Below are positions 1 to 12,671 of a stretch of DNA of 64,000 nt, one piece after another. Below the pieces are notes generated by a model. The model worked only from the letters and a program-made list of their open reading frames with translations, ran no database searches and was not told the origin of the DNA. This DNA comes from Eledone cirrhosa (Eukaryota): positions 42,408,001 through 42,472,000 of the forward strand of contig OZ024744.1 in the NCBI GenBank assembly GCA_964016885.1, in the 5' to 3' direction. The translations under genes were made by a program, and so were the position numbers. The stretch's first letter is position 1. Each line of letters opens with the position of its first letter.

Positions 1-690
1 AATGTTCATCAAGACAACCCCAAGAGGTGAAATAGCTTGGAAATTTAGAAGGGCCCTAGATAAACTTAAACTTAATATTAAGATAGTAGAAATACCAGTA
101 CCTCCATAAAACACTTATTAGTAATACATACCCTTTTCAAAGACCTCACTGTATAGATAAGAAATGCATAAACTGTAAACTAAGCCTCCATATTGACTCT
201 AAAACTAGAAATGTAGTATATAGCATAACATGTACTGAATGACAATGTAAAGGTAAGAATAAAGTGTACATAGGTGAGACAGCTCGTAGTATAGGAGAAC
301 GGTTAAATGAACACTAATGAGAGCTTCAAGATAGAAAAGAATCATCAATACTCCACCAACATACTAAAGTAGAACATAAGGGCAAATTAGAGAACATTGA
401 AATAAAAATAAAATCTACACACAGAAAAGACGCAATATTTAGACAAATCACAGAGGAAATAAACATAAATGAACTCCAACCAAAATTAAATAGAAAACAT
501 GAATGGAATAGCAACATCACAACTTATTAAGGACAAAATGAAAACACACACACACATAGAACAAACAACTAACCAATAACATGTAAATAAACAAATAAAT
601 AAACAAATAAAAACACACACGGACACCCGGATGTAATACATGCACAAACTAAGCATGCAACACACACAATAATATAACAGATAAGTGAGA
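1..690 (+). mobile_element. Penelope-like element 3' fragment (GIY-YIG endonuclease pseudogene plus trailer), family A
   Basis: Reads ...NVVYSITC...VYIGETARSIGERLNEH... with in-frame stops; colinear with 41997-42670. Confidence 0.85.
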
Positions 691-743
691 TTGGAGGAAA
701 CAAAAAAATGGGGGGGGGGGAGTAATAAATAAGAATATATAAC

Positions 744-947
744 AACACACACGTACACACACACACTCACACACACACACACACATATGCACACATGTAT
801 ACATATATATATATACATATATACACGCATATGTACGCATATATATACACAGAGACACATATACACACACATACATATATATATATATCCATACATAAAT
901 ACACCAACACATTTATATATATATATATATACATATATATATACATG

Positions 948-1011
<64 letters not shown>

Positions 1012-1130
1012 CACATACATACATATATATACATACACATACAGACATACATACACACACACATACATACACACATATATACACACATGCATACGTACTC
1101 ACATATAAAAGGATACATATGAACACACAC
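744..1130. repeat. Compound (CA)n/(TA)n/(TACA)n microsatellite
   Basis: Directly visible; source of the spurious YI/CV-rich ORFs. Confidence 0.95.
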
Positions 1131-1281
1131 AAATAAGAATAAATAATCATAATAGGCCGTCACATACAAATAAACAAATAAAAAAAAAGGATTAAAAAAT
1201 AATAATATAAAAAGTATTATTAAATTAACAGGGATACAAGAAGGCAAAATTTAAAATAAAAATAATAATAATAATAATAAT

Positions 1282-1345
1282 GCTTTCTTTATTAACCACA
1301 AGGGTCTACATAAAGTAGACGTTAAGGACAGTACAGGACAATACA
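1282..1345 (-). mobile_element. Extremely 5'-truncated Tx1-A 3' end within (AAT)n
   Basis: ttctttattaaccacaaggg...aaggacagtacaggacaatac matches the terminus at 7886-7950; (AAT)n on both sides. Confidence 0.8.
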
Positions 1346-1372
1346 ATGATAATAATAATAATAATAATAATA

Positions 1373-2787
1373 CTAATTTGGTATTAGTAAGTGTGGAGTC
1401 CTAGTGATGAAGAGGGGTAAATTGAGCAGAAGTAACGGAATCCAGGTACCAACAGGTGAGATGATAAAGGAAATTGACACTGAAGAAGGATACAAGTATT
1501 TGGATGTTCTGGAGGCTGATGACATCAAGAACAAAAAAAATGAAGGAATTGATAAGATCAGAGTACATTCGGAGAGTAAAGAGCGTATTAAAGTCACATC
1601 TGAACAGTAGGAATGCCATAAGTGCAGTAAATTTCCGAGCTGTGTCTATTATTAGGTACAGTGCGGAAATTCTGAGATGGAATATTGCCGAACAAAAAGA
1701 AATGGATAGGAAGACTAGGAAACTATTGACTATCTACAACATGTTCCACAAGAGGAGTGATGTCGATAGACTCTACTTAAGGAGATCTGAAGGTGGAAGA
1801 GGTCTTATCAGCATAGAGGACTGTGTTCAGATGGGGAAAAACAAACTACACAAATACGTGACTGATAGTAAGGAGCCAATGCTCAGAACTGTACTGAAGG
1901 AGAGGACAATAGACCAGGGGATGTCCAAGGAGGAAATAACAACAAGGAGAAAGAGCAGCCTTCATGAAAAATCCCTTCATAGTACCTTCTTTGAGAAAAC
2001 GGAATTCAGAGATCCACAGACATGGAACTGGTTGAAAAGAAGAGACTGTAAAAAGGCTACAGAAGGAATGTTAATGGCTGCGCAAGAGCAGGCCCTCAAA
2101 ACGAAGTGGTTGAAACACCATATTTACAAGGAGGAGGCTAGCCCACTGTGCAGGATCTGTGGAGAGAGAGAAGAGACTGTGGCTCACATTGTAAACACCT
2201 AGCCTAGACTCACTATAAGGGCTGGAGACATGATGTGATGGACAGGGTGATCCACTGGCACCTATGCAAAGTAAACAATTTACCACATTCTGACAAGTGG
2301 TTTGAGCATAAGCCAGAGTCGGTGATAGAAAACGATCAGGTGAAGGTGCTGTGGGATTTTAGGATACAGACGGACAAGAAACTGGAACACAATAGACCTG
2401 ACCTGGTGGTTTTGGACAAAGAAAAACATATCGTGCCTGATTGTGGATGTAGCCTGCCCATTTGACACGAGAGTGCAAGAAAAGGAGAGGGAGAAAATGA
2501 ACCGATACCAGGACTTAAAGTAGGAGGTAAAAAGGATTTGGAACTGCTATGAAGTCAAAGTGATCCCGATTGTCATAGGCGCACTAGGTACTATCTCAAA
2601 ACGTTTCCAGGGATGGTTAAAGAAAATTGGCCCCGCCACGCTTTTTGGAACGCTTCAAAAGGCATGCTTGTGGGGAACAGCAAGAACCCTCCGATATGTC
2701 CTGAATATCTGTGGCTGCAGGTAGTGGCTTGATATTCATTTCAACAAACTTTCCAATTAACTAACATCAATGACTGAGACTCAAAGA
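1373..2787 (+). mobile_element. 5'-truncated R4/Dong-like RLE non-LTR retrotransposon (pseudogene)
   Basis: YKYL.V (RT end), RLYLRRSEGGRGL, AAQEQAL, CRICGEREETVAHI zinc knuckle, HNRPDLVV...VDVACPFD PD-(D/E)xK nuclease; frameshifts and stops; (AAT)n on both sides. Confidence 0.88.
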
Positions 2788-2792
2788 ATAAC

Positions 2793-2837
<45 letters not shown>

Positions 2838-2838
<1 letters not shown>

Positions 2839-2962
2839 TTTTCTTTATTAACCACAAGGGTTTACATAAAGTAGACATTAAGGACAGTACAGGACAATAC
2901 AGGACGGTACAAATGGGCATTTCTGCGTGTAAAAAAAAACAGAGGATGAAATAAAATAACAA
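2838..2962 (-). mobile_element. Short Tx1-A 3' end fragment within (AAT)n
   Basis: About 125 nt nearly identical to 7886-8015, bracketed by (AAT)n tracts. Confidence 0.85.
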
Positions 2963-3016
<54 letters not shown>

Positions 3017-3919
3017 TTTTTGATTTTTAACATATTTAAATCAATTGTGAAAGAACAATTCTTAGCACAAATGTTGCATAAAGGCACCGAATGAGGTCCC
3101 ATAAAGTTTCGGATCCATATTATATTGTTGTATCGCTCAAATATTCAATTTTGTATTATATATTTTGTATTCAAAAAAAGAAAATGGTTATAAATGGAAC
3201 AAAACACCCTCTGCCTACACTATATAGAACAGCAGCAATTTCAATTTCACCAACACCAGAAACTTGATACACTACCTATCCCATCACACTAAATATAACA
3301 GCCAGATAACGGCAATTTCACCAGCATCATAATAATAATTACTATTATTATTGTCTCAAATTTTAAAAAATGTTTAATTCAAATTTTACGGGAATATGTC
3401 AACACAAAATATAATAAAAATATATATTAAACATACGAACACAAACTCATAGATACTATATCAGTAACCACAACACCACCGCTGCCACCACCCCACCACA
3501 TCCATCATCGCCGCCACCACTCATTCAATGCTACTGACACTATTCCTCTGTTAACTTGAGAGAGAAAAGGGAAGGTGGCGGTATCACTAGACAAGAGAGA
3601 GGCTAGCAAAAGATATAAATAGATTGACTTGGTGACCTTGCCACCGGCCAAACGTCTACATCAACAATTATGGGACTGCTGGCTCACCCCTTCCTCACCA
3701 ACAATATAAAAAGTCCCGGCACCACCACCGACATAGCCAACAACAATAACAGCCAACTACAACAAAAAGTATATTATATTATTGTAATGCACTGGGTGAT
3801 TGCTGGCCTTGTGCCTGGAGTGGAGACAATTATTAATAATTTCATTCGTAAGCCACGCAATGCTCACATTAAGGAACCACTCATGATAATAACAATTTTA
3901 AAAAAACAACAAAAAGAAA

Positions 3920-6900
3920 ACCCCGTGACCAAGAAATACCGGGATGGCGGCCGGCGGAGAATAGCCATGTCTCTAGGGGAGAACGACCCCTCTAGTCTTG
4001 GTTGACACTCGTTCTAGAAGTGGTAACACGAAATGATTACCCCTTGGTGGATAAGGTTAAACGCGACAAAATAAAGTAAATGTCTAATGATAAAATCTCA
4101 TACCGGATCGGCCGTCACCCGGGTAAAAAAGGGCCGCGTCCCTCAGAGAGGAACCAGACTGGGGTCGAAAAATCAGCTAATGGTTCAAACCTTCCCATCA
4201 CTTCGGAGCTGGAGACCTCCCATAACCGGAATACTCCTACTGTTGGCCCTCCATGCTCACCACCAAGAAATCCAAAGAAAAAGAGAGAAAAATGGTCAAG
4301 GGAAGATAATAAAGAAGTCCTTGAGGCTTTCTACACTGCCATGTACTACCCATCAAATACATCGAATACAGAACAAACATATATCAACTGGAAAAAGAAA
4401 CATCCCGAAAACAGAGGCTATATTGACAGTAACAAACTAGCCAATATACGAAGAAATATTGTAAGAAAAAAGTTACTAACTGATATAGAAATTGATCAAA
4501 TCAAGCTAGTAGCACAAAGTCAGCGAAGGGAAAATGAAGCATGTGTCAGTGAAAACGAGGTAAACTGTAACACTTCGAATCCCAGGGTTGGGGCGGAATC
4601 ACTGGCAACAGAACAAATTAAAGAAAGGAGCGAAAAAGTGGAGGGAGTGCATGCTCAGGATGAAACTCCAAATGAAAATAATGAGATCGTAAATGATAAA
4701 GAAATGAATGAGAATGAACTTGCCAACTTGAAGGATGAAATTATGATCGAATGGATGAAAATGAAAGAATCTGACATGGGGCAACGAGACACCCTCCCTA
4801 AGATCCAGAACTCCAAACAGAACCAAAAGATAATACACAAGACTAACATAATTCTCAAAAACATTATCATCACAAACAAACTAAACATTACTGACTTAAA
4901 TCATCTCTATTATGCATCGGCTAAAGTCACGACTCACTTATGTGGAGTGAAGATGAAAAAACAAAGGAATTCCCACAAGAAATCTACTTGGCAAGATAAC
5001 ATCAATCGCTAAATAAACCTTCTCCGATCTGACATAGAAATTTTAACAAACTATAAAGTAGGTGAACATGTTAAACAAACTAAACTTAGAAAATTTGAAA
5101 AAAAGTACAGTATAAGATGAACATGTGACATAGACATGCTGATAGAAACAATCAAGCAAAAAGTGTCGGCCAAAGCTGCTCGTATAAGGCACTTTGAAAA
5201 ACGATCTAGATTCTATAAGGACAATAATATGTTCAAAAACAACCAAAGAAACTTCTACAGAAAAATTGGTAAGTCAGAAATAACTGCTAAATCAATACCA
5301 CCCAAGGAGGAAGTGCAAGAATTCTGGGAAAAGATCTGGGCCGAAGAAAAAGTTCATAACATACATGCCCCATGGATAGACAGACAAATGAAAGAAACAG
5401 CTCACCTTGAAGAACAAACATGGGAAAATATAACAGTTGAACAGTTGCGCTTGGCTCTAAGAAAAACCACCAAATGGAAATCCCCAGGAAAAGACAAAAT
5501 ACAAAACTTTTGGATAAATGCCTTCACAGAGTCTCATGAGCTGTTAGCCCAACTTTACAATGAAATAGTTAAGGAGCCAGAAAAGATACCATCATGGCTA
5601 GTTAACGGCATTACATTCCTGCTACCGAAGAATGATGAGACAAACAATCCCAAAAATTACAGACCGATAACCTGCTTAACCACAATGTATAAAATTTTAA
5701 CATCAGTCCTAACTGAATACACATATGACCACCTGATAACAAATGACCTATTTCCCATTGAGCAGAAAGGGTGTAAACGAGGCTCATATGGCTGTAAGGA
5801 TCAGCTTCTGGTTAACAAAATGATACTGGAAGATTGTCATAATAGACACAAAAATCTATTGCTTGGATAGATTATAAAAAAGCATTCGATAGTTTGCCAC
5901 ACAGTTGGATTGAAAAATGTTTAGAGATTTTCAAAATATCCCCCGTTGTCAGGAGGTTTTTGTCATTCAGTATGAGGACATGGAGAACGACACTCCTTTT
6001 GAATAGTGAAACAAAATCACTGGAAGCTGGAGAAGTTAATATTAATTGTGGAATTTTTCAGGGTGACTCTTTATCACCGCTTTTATTCTGCATCGCGGTT
6101 ATACCATTAAGTAAAATGCTCAATGAAACAAAACATGGATATAGAGTCTATGACAAAACCATTAATCACCTGTTCTACATGGATGACCTGAAACTATTTG
6201 CAAAAAATGATGAACAATTGCAAGGGCTATTATCCACTGTGAAGCAGTTCAGTGATGACATTAAAATGGAGTTTGGACTGGATAAATGCGCCAAAGCAAC
6301 GTTCACCAGAGGAAAGCTGCTGAAGAGTTCAGACATTAATCTTGATCGGGGGAACGTGATAAGAGAGCTTGATCAAGAAAAAACTTACAAATATCTAGGT
6401 GTTTGTGAAGGAGACGGAATCAAGCACTCGACAATGAGGGAAAGGATAAGGAAGGAATGTTACCGCAGAGTCAGAGCAATCTTAAGAACGGAATTGAATG
6501 CAAGGAATAGGATCGATGCCATAAACACGCTTGCCATACCAGTAGTAACCTACAGTTACAATGTCATCAACTGGTCAAGCACAGAGATCCGTAGGTTCGA
6601 TACAAAAATCCGAAAATTCTTAACCATGCACAGAATGCATCACCCTAAGGCAGACATAGATAGAATATATCTCCCTAGGAAAGAAGGAGGACGTGGGTTA
6701 ATCCAGTTAGACATTGCGTTGAAAACTGCAACAATTGGATTATCCACATATCTAAGGGAATCACATGATTGGATGATCAAACTCGTTTTGAAACACGAAA
6801 GCATCAACAGATTCCATTACAAAAGATGCACAAAGATACAGTAATGGACTACAAATTTCAGAAGTCCCATTTACTGCTGAAATGGAAAACACAGAAAAAG

Positions 6901-7865
6901 CAAAGCAGGTAAAAGTAACTGCAAAGAAAGAACTGCTACAGAAACTGGCTAAGAAATGGCAAGAAAAGCCTCTGTATGGAAAATACCCAGAGCGAGCTAA
7001 CAATCCTGATGTTGACAAAACTTTAACCCATCAGTGGTTGGCATCCTCTGGACTGAAATCGGAGACTGAAGGACTGATTATATCGGCACAAGATCAGTGT
7101 CTGCCAACAAAAAATTACCAAGCCAACATAATAAAAAATTATGCCGTGTATGCAAATTATGCCGTGTATGCAAAAAACAACCAGAGACCATTGACCATAT
7201 AATTTCAATGTGCAGTCCTATAGCTCCAACCGAATACCTAAACAGGCATGACAGAGCTGCACAATACATACATTGGATAATGTGTAAGCATTTTGACCTG
7301 CCCCATCAAAAGAATTGGTGGGAGCATCAACCACCTCCCATACTTGAAAAAGATCACATCTCAATCGTGTGGAACTTTAGCATCCAAACAGACCGAAAAA
7401 TAGATGCAAACAGACCTGATATAATATTGAAGGACTTTCAAAGGAGGGTATGCCTGCTAATTGATATGTCTGTTCCAATAGACAAGAATGTATCTATAAA
7501 AACATTTGAAAAATTGAGCAAGTATAAGGACCTGGAGATAGAAATTGGAAAAATGTGGAAATTGAGAACTAAAACAATACCAGTGGTTGTAGGCGCTCTG
7601 GGAATGATACCTAAGTGGTCTAACGACTACTTATCGCAAATCCCAGGAAACCCGCGTATAAGAGAAATACAAAAGATAGTACTAATGGGAACTGCCCATA
7701 TACTAAGGAAGATCCTGTCAATATAAGTACATCACAAGTCTAAACACTAAGGAAGCATGTGTGAATATGTATGTTCTTTCTTGAACTACCGGACCTTGTT
7801 GTCTCTTGAGGTCACTGGTTGCGACTTGGTGATAACTCGTATGAACATAAAGCAAGATAAATGCA
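3920..7865 (+). mobile_element. Near full-length R4/Dong-like RLE non-LTR retrotransposon; single ORF 4080-7726 broken by stops and frameshifts
   Basis: N-terminal Myb-like KWSREDNKEVLEAFY...W; RT KSPGKD, NYRPITCL, EQKG, GIFQGDSLSP, HLFYMDDLKL, YKYLG; CRVC...ETIDHIISMC; RHD; RPDII...LIDMSVP; (AAT)n at the 3' end. Confidence 0.92.
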
Positions 7866-7885
7866 AATAATAATAATAATAATAA

Positions 7886-10800
7886 TTTCTTTATTAACCA
7901 CAAGGGTTAACATAAAGTAGACATTAAGGACAGTGCAGGACAATACAGGACGGTACAAATGGGCATTTCTGCGTGTAAAAAAACAAAAAAAGAGGATGTA
8001 ACAAAAAAATAACAATGAAAAATTCCCCAATGGGGGGAGACTTCGGAGGGACATTTGTGGAGAAAGCCCAGTGAAAAGCCACAATGACCCTGACCACCAA
8101 GGCAAGTGCCCTCTCCCAGTTTTCCACCTTTAATTTACAGATTTATACTCAGAGTAGGCCCATTCACTCGGGCCATTCTTGCTTCTCTCACCTTGCTTCT
8201 TTCAACAAAATGCTGGGAAGAGAGCACTTCCCTCTCTACCCTGATTTTCCTTTTCAGATGAAATTTGAAAAAGTTAATCAGGGCATCACCGAAGAGGTAA
8301 GTGCTCGTCTTCAGCCCTTTCAAACGTGTCCACCATACTATCCCTTTCGCCATGGCCACCAGACAGATAAAAACTGCCTGCCCTTCCCGGCTAAAGGAGG
8401 AGGGCGGGGCAATCCTCACGATGGACTCAGATGATAGCCGGATCCGTCCTAAACGCGACAGCAGGTGTTCGACATAAACCCACAAGTCAGCAATTTTCGG
8501 ACACTGGACGAGTGCGTGCAGGACGGTTTCGTCACCCTGTGCGCATCTCGGACATGCCCGGCTGACGGCACCTCCATGCCTGTAGGGTTTATCCCGAACT
8601 GGCAAGGCTCCTCGGTAGCACTGCCAGGCCAGAGATTTCTGGAAGTTGTCCATAGGCCCTGGCCCGAAAGTTCTTCCGAAGAGATTGGCTAGTTGATTTT
8701 CGTCGACGCCTAGAGTTTCCCCAAGTACGTCGTCGCTCTTCCCCTCTACTAATCCTCTATAGAACGCCGAGGTGGAGTTTCCACCGATCACATTGCCCGA
8801 TTGGTCGAGGGGTGTGAGCGCCTGAAGACATTCCAGTCTCCAGGCGCTCCCTCTCGGTCTTCGCTTGACCCAGGACTGCAGCTCCGTCAAGGAAACGAGC
8901 TGGGGAAATACGTGTCTAGCAAACGGCGACCACACCTGATCACCGTCGAGGAAGAGGTGGAGATGTCGTAGCCTGAGCGCGTGCCTGCGCATCATCAGCC
9001 ACGGCATGCCCAGCCCTCCACGTAGCGGGTGTTGACAACAGATGAACCGCCTGACCATCGGAGCGCGTCCCTTCCACAAAAAGCGAAAGAGCAAACACTC
9101 CAGCGCAGTCAAGGTACGACGGTCAGGCGGTAGCAGATGACAGACGCGATGTACGCGTTAGCCACCTCCGCTTGACCTTTCAGGGATAGCTTCCTCTCGG
9201 CCCATTTCTGGGGGAGAGAAGCCACCCTGCTCGTCACCTCGTCCCAGTTTTTGTCCGTCTGGAGGTACGGACCGAACCAGACCCCTAGCAATTTAACCGG
9301 TCCGTCTGTCCAGCGTCCGACGACGCTGTTGGCTGGCATGGACCTGCCTCTCCAGGTGCCGAGCTTCAGGCCCACTGACTTTTCCTGGTTGATCATTGCT
9401 CCTGTCATCGCTTCGTATTCTCTTAGTGTAGTGCCGATCGCCTCGATGTGTTTGGCGTTAGACACCACTACGGTGACATCGTCGGCATATGCTGACACGG
9501 ATCTTCTGCATCCTAGTTCGCGCGGGACGCCCCTCAACGTCTCCAGTTTGTGCAGTAATGGCTCGAGAGTCAATACGTACAAGAGGGACGAGAGGGGACA
9601 TCCTTGGCGGACCGAGCGCATGATATTGAACGGTTCCGAAAGGTGACCGTTCACTCTAACTACAGAGCAGATGTTGCTGTGCATGTCAGCGATCCAGCCT
9701 CTGAGACGGGCCCAAAGCCAGCCGCCCTCAGGACTGCCGCTAGGTAACGATGGTCGACCCTATCGAAGGCTTTCGAGTGATCTAAATTGATCAAAGACCC
9801 ACCCGTGCCAGGTTCCCTAGCTACCCTCTCTACGATGTATCGCATGAGGTGGAGGTTGTCGTGGATGGATCTGTCGGGAATTGCGCATGTCTGCGCCTCT
9901 CCAACCAGACCACCAACGACAAGCGCCAACCTCTTTGCTAGCACCTTGGCCAAAATCTTGAACTCTGTGTTTAGCAGAGTTATGGGCCTAAAATTATCTA
10001 TGTATATCCTCCTTGTAAGGATCCTTTCTCAGCAGCGCCACAGCTCCTCGGCTCACAGAGCTGGGAATTCTCCCGTTCTGTTGCCAGTTGCAGTAGACGT
10101 CCGCCAAGAGGCCTCCGAACAAGTTTTGCATTTGTACGTAAAGTTCATAGGGCAGACCATCCAAACCAGGCGATTTACCCCTTGTGCAACTAGTCATTGC
10201 ATCCCGTACTTCAGCGGTTGTTATCGGCTTTTCGCAACACTCCGCCTCAGTGGCCGAAAGCCGCGGCAGTCCGTCGAGGTAGACACTAAAGTCCATCCCT
10301 CGATCCGGCCCGCCACTGCCCCCGAACAGTTGAGCGAAGTGTCGCTGAAAAGCTTCACACATTTGCCCGGGATCGAGTAGCATGCGCCCGTCGTAGTCCA
10401 CCAAAGACCGGATCGTGGCTTTGTTGCCACGACGCGCCTCCGCCACTCGGGCCCATTGAACGGCTTTCGTACCCTCGTGTCTGAGAGCACGCACCCTAGC
10501 TCTGACAACGCAGCCTTCGTGCTTTGCATTGAAGAATTGTCAAGAGCCAATTTCGCCGCAAGTACGTCGGTCGCGATGCCTTTGCTAAGCGCCTCATCTA
10601 ATTTTCTAACTAATTCTCCCTCTGCTCTATTTTTCTCTATTGCTAAAGTCTTACTAAACCTAATGGACTCTATTCTAATTGCTCTTTTCAGAGCAATCCA
10701 CCACTTGTTGTTGACGATGGCCCCCGTCAACGTCCGCTTAACTAGTTCGCTAATCCGGTCTCTGTAGGCCTTGCGCGCTGGTAAGGACGCGTTTAGCTTC

Positions 10801-12671
10801 CAGTAGCCGGGTCCTTGTCTATGAAGCCTATCTAAGTCAAGCACACAGATCACGAATTTGTGGTCCGTGTAGCTGACTATCTTGAATTGTGGACAGCCTA
10901 TGCTAGACCTATCTATTTCCCTACAAAATACTCTATCTAGATATGATCTGGATGACCCTATGCGATTTGTCCAAGACCACATTGGCACATTCGGGAAATC
11001 CAATCGGTACCTGTCAGACAGTTCAAATCGCCTGAGCAGGTTGGTGAGGCTCTTGCACCCTCCTTCCCTATCCACTAATCCCACACAGTCCCAGCGTGAA
11101 TCTAAGATCCCGTTCCAGTCGCCCACTAACACTAAAGAGCGGGACGTTCCAAGAAAGGTCTCCAGACGGCGGAAGAAATCAGGCCGCCCTGCACCTGTCG
11201 AGGCATAGACGGCCACTAACCTGAAAGCTTGCCCGTCTCCGCTGGTCACGTCCAGCACCACCAACTTACCTTCTGGGTCCAGGAAGATGGCCCGTATGGC
11301 AAGATCCAAACCTCTCCGAAAAAGCACAGCAACTCCTCCCCCCGATCCTGGACGGCTGGGAGATGCGTACACATCGTAGCCGCCGAAGATCGGTGCGAAA
11401 GCCTGTGCTTCGGAGATTCTGGTCTCGCTGATGGCCACTACATCTATGTTTAGTGACCTGAGGTCGTTGAGCAGGTGGCCCTGCTTCCATGACGACCCCA
11501 AGCCACGCGCATTTATGCTGCCTATTCTGAGTGAGGTCATGTTGAAAAGGAGTGGAAAAGATGGGAAAGACCACTTACCTTACTTCTCGTAGGGGAAGGA
11601 CGGTTTTTCCATCCTTTTCACTGCTTCTGGCCTCCTCAGGAAGGATGTCCTTATATATCCTCCTGGAGAGTGCTTGTCGGAAGTCTCCGATATCTTTTGG
11701 GAATTTTTGTTTTAGTGTCATGTACGTTTTCTGTGTGATGCGAGTGATTTGTATGTGTGGAGGTGGTGTGAATTTTGGGGTTGTTGTGTAGTCTTTTTCT
11801 GTGATGCTGCTGTTGTGTTGGATGTAGTGTAATAATTGCTTGTTGTTCAAATTTAATGCTGTGTAGTGTGTATCGTTTTGGTTGTTTTGTTTTGTTTGCG
11901 TTTGTTGTGGGTTTGTTTCTGTTTCGCATTTTGGTGACTTTTGTGGTGTAGGTGATGGTGGTGTTGGGGTTAATGATGGTGATGGTGTTGGTGTTTGGGT
12001 TGATGGGGTTGGTGATGCTGGTGTGGATGGTGGCATATCTGTCCTAACTTTTTTGTTTGATAATTTATTTGTTTCCCTCTGTATTTTGTTTTTGGAGGGG
12101 GAAGGAAGAGAATTTTTTCTTTTTTCGTTTCTTTTTTTTTTTTCCGGATATCGTTTCCCACTCCTCGTCGTCACTCCATAGGTCGGGGAGTGGAAAATCA
12201 TCCACGGCCGTTAGTTTTGGTTGTGGCGTGGTGGATGGTGTAGGCGCTGGTGCTAGTTCTGAAGCGTTGGGTGGTGGTGGTGTTGGTTTTGCTGGTGGTG
12301 GTGGTGGTGTTGGTTTTGCTACTGTTGCTGGGGTTGTTGCTGTTATAGTTGCTTCTGTTGTTGCTGCTACAGTTGTTGCTGCCATCTCTGCTACTGGTGG
12401 TGTTGATGGTTGTGTCACTGGGGTGGGTAGGAGAGGTGGCCTTAACCTTTTAGCCTGAGGGCAGAAAGACCTTAGGTGGGTTCCTTCACCACAAACGACA
12501 CACCTAGGTCTTCTGCCCTCGACAATTACCGTGAGGTGGCTGCCGTCAGTGAGGTCTATTACCTCTGGGATCTCCTCAATGCTTTTTTGGTCCGCTTGGA
12601 TCAGGAGCTCCATCCCAGATCCGGACCAGTTCTCCTGCTTTTCTTTTGCTATTGCTATTATTTTTGTGTTG
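7886..12671 (-). mobile_element. Tx1/L1-clade non-LTR retrotransposon copy A1 (ORF1 C-terminal half, ORF2, 3' UTR)
   Basis: ORF1 knuckle CVVCGEGTHLRSFC; ORF2 from 11540 with APE, RT and C-terminal Cys motif; ends AATAAAGAAA then (TTA)n. Confidence 0.92.
8135..11540 (-). pseudogene. Tx1-A1 ORF2 (APE endonuclease, reverse transcriptase, C-terminal Zn motif), frameshifted
   Basis: SINARGL, VAISET, LVGDWN, YLDRVF, YTDHK (APE); [26 protein letters not shown] (RT); CPRC...ETVLHALVQC; split over ORFs 10221-11540, 9994-10494, 9660-9953, 9109-9684, 8135-9112. Confidence 0.9.

Noticed and set aside
486-1247. Long YI/CV/HT-rich ORFs here and at 17018-17500, 49118-49655 and 59116-59920
   Set aside because: They are translations of (TA)n/(CA)n microsatellites, which lack stop codons.
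7136-7171. 18-bp tandem duplication giving an apparent extra CxxC in the R4 zinc knuckle
   Set aside because: It is a local duplication associated with a frameshift in a dead copy, not a new domain.
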